20,873 nt of DNA from Acidobacteriota bacterium (GCA_036507075.1 DASXQR010000176.1:1-20873), one strand, 5' to 3'. Counted from the first letter of the stretch, positions 9,959 to 16,317 are shown. A program made the numbers and translations. Notes: generated by a model not told the origin, from the letters alone.

Positions 9959-10020
9959 AGGATAGATCCGGTCTTATAGAGAGTCAAGGTTTTTTTTGAT
10001 TTATGCTTATTTTTTCTAGA
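9959..10020 (-). promoter_or_regulatory. Sigma70-type dcw promoter with A-tract UP-like region
   Basis: -35 TTGACT (9987-9982), 17-nt spacer, -10 TATCCT (9964-9959); A/T tracts at 9990-10015. Confidence 0.8.
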
Positions 10021-10034
10021 GTTAACGCCGAACC

Positions 10035-10373
10035 GGAAGGCGGAAAGCAGAAGGCAGAAGGCGGAAGGCATGAGGCGGAAGGCAGGAGGCAGAAAGAGTG
10101 CGCGCCAGCCGAACCGTGCGCGTCAGCAAACGGACCCTTCAAAGTAACACTGCGGATTCTGTAAGCGGAAAGTCTGGCCTGAAAACGCCGAGGGTTTACA
10201 GGTGAAGCCGTTACCTGGAAGAGTCCGCTTGCTGACGCGCGCGCTTCGGCTAATGTGCACTGCCGCCTGCCTCCCGCCTCCTGCCTCCCGCCTCCTACCT
10301 CCTGCCTCCCGCCTCCTGCCTCCTGCCTCCTGCCTTCCGCCTCCTGCCTTCCGCCTTCCACATTCCGCATTCC
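10035..10373. repeat. Large nested foldback element: inverted GGAGGC/GCCTCC heptamer arrays around an inner 52-bp inverted repeat
   Basis: Left arm about 9 units (GGAAGGC/AGAAGGC/AGGAGGC, 10035-10096); right arm 16 units (GCCTCCT/GCCTCCC/GCCTTCC, then ACATTCC GCATTCC, 10262-10373). Inner IR 10097-10148 vs 10210-10261 matches 42/52 without gaps; 61-nt loop. Confidence 0.92.
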
Positions 10374-10383
10374 AGCGTACGTC

Positions 10384-10392
10384 TGCTACCAT
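10384..10392 (+). promoter_or_regulatory. Candidate extended -10 promoter for the ychF-like gene
   Basis: TG-C-TACCAT 23 nt before the GTG start; SD GGGGAG at 10406-10411; no good -35 (that position falls inside the heptamer array). Confidence 0.5.
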
Positions 10393-10415
10393 GACGCCTT
10401 TCTCTGGGGAGCACT

Positions 10416-11495
10416 GTGAAGGCGGGTATTATCGGATTTGGACAGTCAGGCAAAACCACCCTTTTTAACATTCTGACCCGGGCTGGAGCGCAGACGGGAT
10501 ATTCGGGCAAGAATGAACTGAACATCGGCGTGGCCAGGGTCCCTGACGGGCGTCTCTGGAAACTGTCGGAGCTGTTCCGACCCCGAAAAACCACGCCGGC
10601 AACGGTGGAGTACATCGATCTTCCGGGGATCGAAAAGGGAGAGTTCAAAACATCAACCCAGTTGAATAACTTGAAATCTGCCGACGCTCTGGTACATGTG
10701 GTGCGTGCTTTCGAAGATTCCCGGAATCCTCACCCGGAAGGTTCGGTCAATCCGGCGCGCGATGTAGAGAATTTTGAGCTCGAAATGATCCTCTCCGATC
10801 TGGCAGTGGTGGAGAATCGGTTGGAACGCCTGGAGAAGGACCTGAAACGTGTCAAGAATCCCGACCTGGAAACTGAGCACACCCTTATTCTGCAACTGAA
10901 AGGACAACTGGAGAATGAAAAGCCGCTGCGTGAGATGGAACTGAGCGCAGACCAGGTGAAGCGCATTCGGGGATTTGCATTTCTTTCGCTCAAACCCGAG
11001 ATTATTGTTTTGAACCTGGCTGAATCCGATGTCGCGCACATTGACGCCGCCGCGGCAAGGTTCGGTTTGCAGAGTTGGACCGTCCGACCGAAACTGGGTT
11101 TTTCCGCGGTTTGCGGAAAGATTGAGTCCGAGATCGCCGAACTCTCGGACTCGGATTCACAATCTTTTCTCATTGAGCTCGGATTCTCCGAACCGGGACT
11201 GAACCGCGTCATTCGCGATACCTACCGCATTCTGAATCTGATTTCTTTCTTTACTGTGGGCGATGATGAAGTGCGCGCCTGGACGATTGAGCGGGGTACT
11301 GCGGCACAGAAGGCGGCCGGCGAAATTCACTCCGACATCGAGCGTGGGTTCATTCGTGCCGAAGTTGTCTCGTATGATCCGTTGATCGCCTCCGGCTCGC
11401 TAGCCGCCTGCAAGGAAAAAGGCCTGGTTCGCCTCGAAGGAAAGGATTACGTGATTCATGACGGAGATGTGATTAATTTCCGGTTCAATGTGTGA
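10416..11495 (+). CDS. ychF: YchF/Obg-family P-loop ATPase (redox-regulated ATPase YchF-like), GTG start
   Basis: P-loop GFGQSGKTT, VPDGRL, TPATVEYIDLPG, HVVRAFED, FFTVGDDEVRAWTI, AAGEIHSDIERGFIRAEV, RLEGKDYVIHDGDVINFRFNV (TGS/DUF933 C-terminus). Confidence 0.93.
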   Translation: MKAGIIGFGQSGKTTLFNILTRAGAQTGYSGKNELNIGVARVPDGRLWKLSELFRPRKTTPATVEYIDLPGIEKGEFKTSTQLNNLKSADALVHVVRAFEDSRNPHPEGSVNPARDVENFELEMILSDLAVVENRLERLEKDLKRVKNPDLETEHTLILQLKGQLENEKPLREMELSADQVKRIRGFAFLSLKPEIIVLNLAESDVAHIDAAAARFGLQSWTVRPKLGFSAVCGKIESEIAELSDSDSQSFLIELGFSEPGLNRVIRDTYRILNLISFFTVGDDEVRAWTIERGTAAQKAAGEIHSDIERGFIRAEVVSYDPLIASGSLAACKEKGLVRLEGKDYVIHDGDVINFRFNV

Positions 11496-11498
11496 GGT

Positions 11499-11638
11499 TG
11501 ACCTTTGTCCGTTGTCAGTGGTCCGTTGTCCGTCGCCCTTTGCAAGAAACGCAAGCGAAAGAGCAAAAGTGGAACGGAAAGAACCAATGGCAAAGCGAAG
11601 ATTACGGACCACTGACAACGAACCACTGACAACGGAGC
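11499..11638. repeat. Inverted heptamer-array element, TGTCCGT/ACGGACA family
   Basis: Left arm TGACCTT TGTCCGT TGTCAGT GGTCCGT TGTCCGT CGCCCTT (11499-11540), purine-rich spacer, right arm ACGGACC ACTGACA ACGAACC ACTGACA ACGGAGC (11604-11638). Confidence 0.9.
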
Positions 11639-11644
11639 CATGAA

Positions 11645-12382
11645 ATGACAAAACAGTTTGCCGCCACGCTTGTTCTCGGGGCGGTGGCAGCCCTGGCTAA
11701 CATCCTGGGAGGCTGGTTTGTCTCATACCAGAAATCGCTGGATCGGCTCCTGGTGCGTATTTTGATCGCTCTCGGCGCGGGTTTCCTGCTGGCCGCCACG
11801 TTTTTGGTGGTGCTCCCGGAAAGCATGCGGTTGAATGTCAACACACCGTTGATTGTGCTGGCAGGATATCTCCTGATTCAGCTGTGCCAGCACACCATCG
11901 CGACCCATTTCCACTTCGGCGAGGAGACGCATCACGAACTTCATGCGCGGCAGTACGTGGGTTACACAGCCGTATCAGGAATGGCGCTGCATGCTTTCTT
12001 TGATGGAGCGCTGATCGCTTCCGGTTTTGCCCTCTCAGGCAGAATCGGCGTACTGCTTTTCGTCGCTGTGCTGCTGCACAAGATTCCGGAGGGTTTTACT
12101 GCGGCATCGATCATGCGGGCAGCCGGCAGGAGCCGGCGCGTGGCCCGTTTTTCTGCGGAGTTGATCGCGGCCGCCACGTTCCTTGGGATCGTTTCCATCT
12201 CACTGATTGCAGGCGCCGTACGCTATGCTCTCCCCTTCAGCGCCGGCGTGACGCTGTATGTGGCGGCTTCGGATTTGATTCCGGAGGTGAACCGGGAGGG
12301 GCAAATCTGGATTAGCGGGGTTGTATTCCTGGGAGTGCTGTTCTATTTTCTGACCGAGTTACTGCTCGACGCTGTTATTTAG
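11645..12382 (+). CDS. ZIP (ZupT/GufA) family divalent metal transporter
   Basis: About 8 hydrophobic segments, His-rich loop HTIATHFHFGEETHHELH, TM4/TM5 motifs ALHAFFDG and LLHKIPEG, LYVAASDLIPE. Confidence 0.93.
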   Translation: MTKQFAATLVLGAVAALANILGGWFVSYQKSLDRLLVRILIALGAGFLLAATFLVVLPESMRLNVNTPLIVLAGYLLIQLCQHTIATHFHFGEETHHELHARQYVGYTAVSGMALHAFFDGALIASGFALSGRIGVLLFVAVLLHKIPEGFTAASIMRAAGRSRRVARFSAELIAAATFLGIVSISLIAGAVRYALPFSAGVTLYVAASDLIPEVNREGQIWISGVVFLGVLFYFLTELLLDAVI

Positions 12383-12397
12383 GAATAACGGTTCGCG

Positions 12398-12473
12398 AAT
12401 TGGAAAATCATCAATTCTGAATCGTGTAATTGGGAAATTTTGAATTCACCACAGGGACACAGGGGGCACAGAG
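12398..12473. repeat. Degenerate AAT(T/C) 7-8-mer tract fused to a solo arm of the CACAAAG family
   Basis: AAT starts at 12398, 12406, 12413, 12420, 12428, 12436, 12443. It is followed by CACCACAGGG ACACAGGG GGCACAGAG (12447-12473), a variant of the right arms at 8275 and 14260. Confidence 0.7.
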
Positions 12474-12481
12474 CATCTTTT

Positions 12482-12508
12482 TGCTAAACTGGTAATTCTT
12501 GCTACTTT
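12482..12508 (+). promoter_or_regulatory. Two candidate extended -10 elements upstream of proS
   Basis: TG-C-TAAACT (12482-12490) and TG-C-TACTTT (12500-12508); no SD before the ATG at 12524. Confidence 0.4.
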
Positions 12509-12523
12509 CAACTTTCCACTTGT

Positions 12524-14218
12524 ATGCGTTGGTCTAAGGCCTTCATCCCGACATTGCGCGAGCTTCCGTCCGACGCGGAGTTCAAAAGTCATCAGCTCTT
12601 GCTGCGCGCGGGCTACATCCGCCAGCTCGGCGCGGGTATTTATTCGTACCTCCCGCTGGCGCAGAGGTCGCTGGAACGAATCGCGCGAATCATTCGAGAA
12701 GAGATGGATCACATTGGAGCTCAGGAGTTCTATCTGCCGGCTCTCCACCCCGCGGAAATCTGGAAGGAGAGCGGACGCTGGGACGTGATGGGCGACAACA
12801 TGTTTCGCCTCAAAGACCGCTACCAGCGGGACCTTTGCCTGGGAATGACGCACGAAGAGGTTTTTACCGCCATCATTCGGGACGCGATCCGTTCCTACAA
12901 AGAGCTGCCCCAGATCTGGTATCAGATTCAGGTGAAGTTTCGGGATGAGCCTCGGCCCAAGTCGGGACTGCTCCGAGTTCGGCAGTTCCTGATGAAAGAC
13001 AGTTACTCGTTTGATGTGAGTACCGGCGGGCTGGACGAAAGCTACATGAAACATCATCAGGCTTACCGCCGGATATTTGATCGCTGCGGTCTGAAGTACA
13101 TCGACATCCAGGCTCACAGCGGCGCGATGGGCGGAAGTGGATCGCAGGAATTCGTCGTCCGATCGGACGCCGGGGAAGATCACGTCGTGCACTGCCCTTC
13201 CTGCGGTTACGCTGCCAATGTGGAAAAGGCAGGCACCCGGGTGACGGGAATCGAAGATCCTGCGCAGAATCTGGAACCGGAAATTGTGCACACGCCTTCG
13301 CAAAAAACCATCGCGCAGGTCTCCGAGTTCCTCAAGATTGATCCTTCGCGCCAGATGAAATCGGTGGTTTACATGGCCGATAACCACCCGGTGCTGGTGC
13401 TGGTCAGGGGTGATCACCAGGTCAACGAAACTAAACTCGAATCGGTTCTCACGACCCAGACTCTGCGCCCCGCGCACCCGGAAGAAATCCGGCAGTTCTT
13501 TGGCGCCGATGCGGGGAGTCTGGGACCCTACAAGCTCAGAGATGTGCGCATCGTTGCGGATGAGGCGCTGCGCGGCCGCCGGAATCTGGTGAGCGGCGCC
13601 AACCGGGACGACCACCATTACCGCAATCTTACGCCCGGTGAAGATTTCCATCCGGAATATGCAGATCTGCGTTCTGCCGAGTCCGGCGACCTGTGCATTC
13701 AGTGCGGCAAGCCGGTGGAGGTGTTTCGTGCCATGGAAATCGGCCACATCTTCAAACTGGGCGTGAAGTATTCCGAGTCGATGGGAGCTTACGTCCTCAA
13801 CGAAGCGGGAGAGCGAATCCCGATCGTGATGGGAAGCTACGGCATCGGACTGGAACGAATTCTGTGCGCCGCCATCGAGCTCTATGCCGATCAGGACGGA
13901 ATTGTCTTCCCCGCCGGTATCGCGCCATACGACGTCGTGATCTCCCAGGTCAACAGCAACGACTCGGAGCAAGCGCGAGTGGCCCGAAGTTTTTACGATC
14001 AGCTTACTGCTTCCGAAATGGAAGTGCTGTGGGATGATCGCGACGAGCGTCCCGGCGTAAAATTCAAGGACGCGGATTTGATTGGGATCCCTTACCGAAT
14101 CACCGTCGGAAACAAAATCAAGGAAGGCAAAGTCGAGATTTTCAATCGCGCTCGCCGGGAGAAAAAGGAAACGCCGATTGACGAAGCCTTGGCCGCGCTG
14201 AGGGAGATGATGAAATGA
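12524..14218 (+). CDS. proS: Proline--tRNA ligase, bacterial type with INS editing domain
   Basis: SHQLLLRAGYIRQ, WKESGRW, LGMTHEE, motif 2 KFRDEPRPKSGLLRVRQFLMKDSYSF, INS GADAGSLGP, EIGHIFKLG, motif 3 MGSYGIGLERI, anticodon domain DDRDERPGVKFKDADLIGIP. Confidence 0.98.
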   Translation: MRWSKAFIPTLRELPSDAEFKSHQLLLRAGYIRQLGAGIYSYLPLAQRSLERIARIIREEMDHIGAQEFYLPALHPAEIWKESGRWDVMGDNMFRLKDRYQRDLCLGMTHEEVFTAIIRDAIRSYKELPQIWYQIQVKFRDEPRPKSGLLRVRQFLMKDSYSFDVSTGGLDESYMKHHQAYRRIFDRCGLKYIDIQAHSGAMGGSGSQEFVVRSDAGEDHVVHCPSCGYAANVEKAGTRVTGIEDPAQNLEPEIVHTPSQKTIAQVSEFLKIDPSRQMKSVVYMADNHPVLVLVRGDHQVNETKLESVLTTQTLRPAHPEEIRQFFGADAGSLGPYKLRDVRIVADEALRGRRNLVSGANRDDHHYRNLTPGEDFHPEYADLRSAESGDLCIQCGKPVEVFRAMEIGHIFKLGVKYSESMGAYVLNEAGERIPIVMGSYGIGLERILCAAIELYADQDGIVFPAGIAPYDVVISQVNSNDSEQARVARSFYDQLTASEMEVLWDDRDERPGVKFKDADLIGIPYRITVGNKIKEGKVEIFNRARREKKETPIDEALAALREMMK

Positions 14219-14219
14219 T

Positions 14220-14285
14220 CTTTGTGTTCTTTGTGTCTTTGTGGTGAATTCGCTTTTGAACCACAAAGACACGAAGAACACAAAG
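14220..14285. repeat. Hairpin element of CTTTGTG units between convergent genes (possible bidirectional terminator or 3' stabiliser)
   Basis: CTTTGTGTT CTTTGTGT CTTTGTGGT (14220-14245), 14-nt loop, ACCACAAAG ACACGAAG AACACAAAG (14260-14285): 26-bp stem with one mismatch (G-U wobble on the plus strand); fills 66 of the 69 intergenic bases. Confidence 0.92.
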
Positions 14286-14287
14286 CA

Positions 14288-15574
14288 TTAAAGCGGCGAT
14301 TGCAGCCAGCCTTCCGTATCGAATTGCATCGGCTCGCTCTGACCGAGAATCTCAAGGCGTGGAATTTTTTCGGCCTCTTCGCGCAGCCCCTCCGATAAAA
14401 GCAGCCGATCAAGCGACAGCGTATCCCGGATGTGCGCGATCCGCGGTCCTGCCAGCCTGGGAGGGCACGTGCTCAATGCGGTCATGATCGCCTCGCGATC
14501 GTTGGGCAAAACCACGGGCGGCCGAGCCCCCGAAGGCGACCTGGCGGTAAACGAGTTGAGCTGCGTTATCCCCAGATTGACGCGGTTCATCATCTTTGGC
14601 GTGGTGAAGTCGGCCAGACCCATTCCGACCGCGTTTCCCTCGGTTTCGTCAGTCAGACCTCTGACGAATATCCGGTAAATCGCCGGCATGCCTTCGATCC
14701 AGGGAACACCTTCCACGTGGCCGCGCACGCCGCGCCCGATGACGTTTGTATCCATGCCGGTTCCCGAGATGTTCTTTCCCATCCGATCACACACCAGCAG
14801 ATCAAGATCGGAGATCGGCAGGCTACCCATCAGCTTGCACGCTTCCAGCAGCAACTTCGCTTCTTGGTCAAAAAAGTTCGTCAGCGGGACTGCGGCGATG
14901 CGTGCCGTCTCATGATAGGCGTTCTCGATAATCGCCAGTCCCCCCAAAATCTTGCCCGTCTGAATAATGCGCTCGGCTGCGATCCGGAGCGCCCTTCCCA
15001 GCCCGACATCGAAAACACGGCTGTGATATTCCCTGGCTCCTTCGAGCTTACCGAGCCCGATGGCGCAGATTTTGGTGAGCCCGCTTTCAATGGGCCCTTT
15101 GTAATCGGTATGCGGTTTGACGCGGTTCAAAAGCAGTACACCGTCGCAGTCCAGAGCAGTCTGCGCGACAAACACCTCAATGTTTTCCGCGCTTCGTCCC
15201 AGAGAGCGTGTCGCCATCCCGGAAAGGACCGGACACCCCATGGTTGTCTCGGTGACGCCATAGTGAGCAATCAGGTTGCGTTGTCCTTCCGACGTGGCGC
15301 CTGCGTGGCTTCCCATGGCGGGCAGTATGAAAGGCTGGAAGCCGCGCAACTTGAGAAATTCCACAGCGGCCGCCGCGACTTCAGCGATGTTCTTGATACC
15401 GCGGCTCCCGACCGTTACTCCGACCCTGGCACCGGGCGAAAGCGGCTGACGCGAATCCGGCGGTGAGAAAAGTGAATCCAGTTGCTCAAAAACCCGGGCA
15501 CGAATGTCATCGACGCGAGGCCTCTCGAAAGTCTGGCGCGCCAGGAACATGCACGGGATCCCATTCTGGCTCAT
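14288..15574 (-). CDS. LarA-like (lactate racemase N-terminal/DUF2088-type) domain protein, substrate unknown
   Basis: VGVTVGSRGIKNI, PAMGSHAGATSEGQ, LNRVKPHTDYKGPIESGLTKICAIGLGK, GKNISGTGMDTNVIGR, GNAVGMGLADF: motifs I recognise from this conserved family. Confidence 0.75.
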   Translation of the reverse strand: MSQNGIPCMFLARQTFERPRVDDIRARVFEQLDSLFSPPDSRQPLSPGARVGVTVGSRGIKNIAEVAAAAVEFLKLRGFQPFILPAMGSHAGATSEGQRNLIAHYGVTETTMGCPVLSGMATRSLGRSAENIEVFVAQTALDCDGVLLLNRVKPHTDYKGPIESGLTKICAIGLGKLEGAREYHSRVFDVGLGRALRIAAERIIQTGKILGGLAIIENAYHETARIAAVPLTNFFDQEAKLLLEACKLMGSLPISDLDLLVCDRMGKNISGTGMDTNVIGRGVRGHVEGVPWIEGMPAIYRIFVRGLTDETEGNAVGMGLADFTTPKMMNRVNLGITQLNSFTARSPSGARPPVVLPNDREAIMTALSTCPPRLAGPRIAHIRDTLSLDRLLLSEGLREEAEKIPRLEILGQSEPMQFDTEGWLQSPL

Positions 15575-15581
15575 CAGAGTT

Positions 15582-15587
15582 ATTTTA
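15582..15587 (-). promoter_or_regulatory. Candidate -10 element for a leaderless or near-leaderless transcript
   Basis: Minus strand TAAAAT-AACTCTG-ATG: -10 hexamer 7 nt before the start codon, no SD. Confidence 0.5.
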
Positions 15588-15606
15588 GATCACTGCCCGG
15601 TTTAGT

Positions 15607-15648
15607 CGTAAACGTAATCGTGGACGTTGACGTGCGCGTGCTCGTGAA
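15607..15648. repeat. Hexamer tandem tract CGTNNN x7
   Basis: CGTAAA CGTAAT CGTGGA CGTTGA CGTGCG CGTGCT CGTGAA: CGT at an exact 6-nt period. Confidence 0.8.
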
Positions 15649-15660
15649 CTGAGTTTCTAC

Positions 15661-15856
15661 ATTTCTGGGAGTGGAGAGACGGCCCGCTGGCCGTCTCTTC
15701 GACATTTTCAGGCGTAGCGACGCGGCATGCCGCGTCAGACTCAGACGCGACATGTCGCGTCGCCACGGTATCGAATCAAGCGTTACAGTGCACCAGGACT
15801 AGGCGAAGCCTTGGTTCGCCTGAGACGGCCCTCAGGCCGTCTCTCCGCTCCCAAAT
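15661..15856. repeat. REP/REPIN-like cluster: nested inverted pairs of palindromes (A-B-B'-C-A')
   Basis: A GGAGAGACGGCC-CGCT-GGCCGTCTCT (15673-15698); B GTAGC-GACGCGGCATGCCGCGTC (15714-15736); B' GACGCGACATGTCGCGTC-GCCAC (15744-15766); C AGGCGAA..TTCGCCT (15801-15821); A' GAGACGGCC-CTCA-GGCCGTCTCTCC (15822-15846). Confidence 0.88.
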
Positions 15857-15871
15857 CAGTTAACTCGTCGC

Positions 15872-16063
15872 TCACTGATTCACTACATACTCCAACGCGA
15901 CAACCCCTGTTTTGTGCACTTTGTGGGATTTCAAACTCAATTTGGCCTGCCTGGCGGGATCTGGAAGCATCGGGATGCCACCGCCGAGCAGTACCGGTAT
16001 GATGGCGACTTCCACAGTGTCGACCAACCCTGCCTCGAGGAGACTGCGAAAGAGCAGGCCACC
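15872..16063 (-). pseudogene. 5'-truncated dihydrofolate reductase/RibD C-terminal family gene remnant
   Basis: Manual translation GGLLFRSLLEAGLVDTVEVAIIPVLLGGGIPMLPDPARQAKLSLKSHKVHKTGVVALEYVVNQ* matches the GGxxLxxxLLxxGLVD...PVLLGxGIPL...GxVxLxY C-terminal pattern of the family. No upstream start: an in-frame TAG lies at 16088-16090. Confidence 0.8.
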
Positions 16064-16087
16064 AAGCGCACAGCCTTGGACCCTTTT

Positions 16088-16306
16088 CTAATCCGCCGCC
16101 GATTCGAGAAGCGCGCGGGCCGTGGTTGCATCTTCCAGTCGCACAATCAGGCGAATTCCGCGAGTGAATTGAAGTGGCGGTTCCATGCGGCCCGCGTCGT
16201 CACTGCTCAATATGGATGGGATCCCGTTCGCATCGAGGACGCTCCGCGCAACCAGGGCGGCCGGCTCATCCGAGAAAGTCTTGATGACCACCAATTCGTC
16301 GGGCAT
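16088..16306 (-). CDS. DUF2007-like small putative signal-transducing protein
   Basis: 72 aa, LVVIKTF..A.VARSVLDANGI...GIRLIV..EDATTARALL pattern; TAGGA SD-like sequence upstream. Confidence 0.8.
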   Translation of the reverse strand: MPDELVVIKTFSDEPAALVARSVLDANGIPSILSSDDAGRMEPPLQFTRGIRLIVRLEDATTARALLESAAD

Positions 16307-16317
16307 GAATTACAATC

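Noticed and set aside
10165..10254. Possible RNase P RNA (GGAAAGTC at 10167-10174; rnpB often lies upstream of mraZ)
   Set aside because: The full GAGGAAAGUCC motif and the 3' ACAGAAnnCGGCUUA motif are missing, the candidate halves are only about 80 nt apart, and the region is explained by a simple inverted repeat. An Rfam cmscan would settle it.
9984..10468. ORFs 9984-10370, 10123-10392 and 10202-10468 (GGRRQEA / LLPPAS repeats)
   Set aside because: Low-complexity translations of stop-free heptamer arrays; one runs into the dcw promoter.
12383..12523. T-box riboswitch before proS
   Set aside because: The gap is short, has no T-box consensus or terminator, and is mostly repeat sequence.
12446..14281. 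611-aa minus-strand ORF
   Set aside because: Antisense shadow of proS, starting in the CTTTGTG hairpin (TTKTQRTQR); no recognisable motifs.
15661..15856. CRISPR array
   Set aside because: Repeats are inverted palindromes of different types, not direct repeats with regular spacers; no cas genes.
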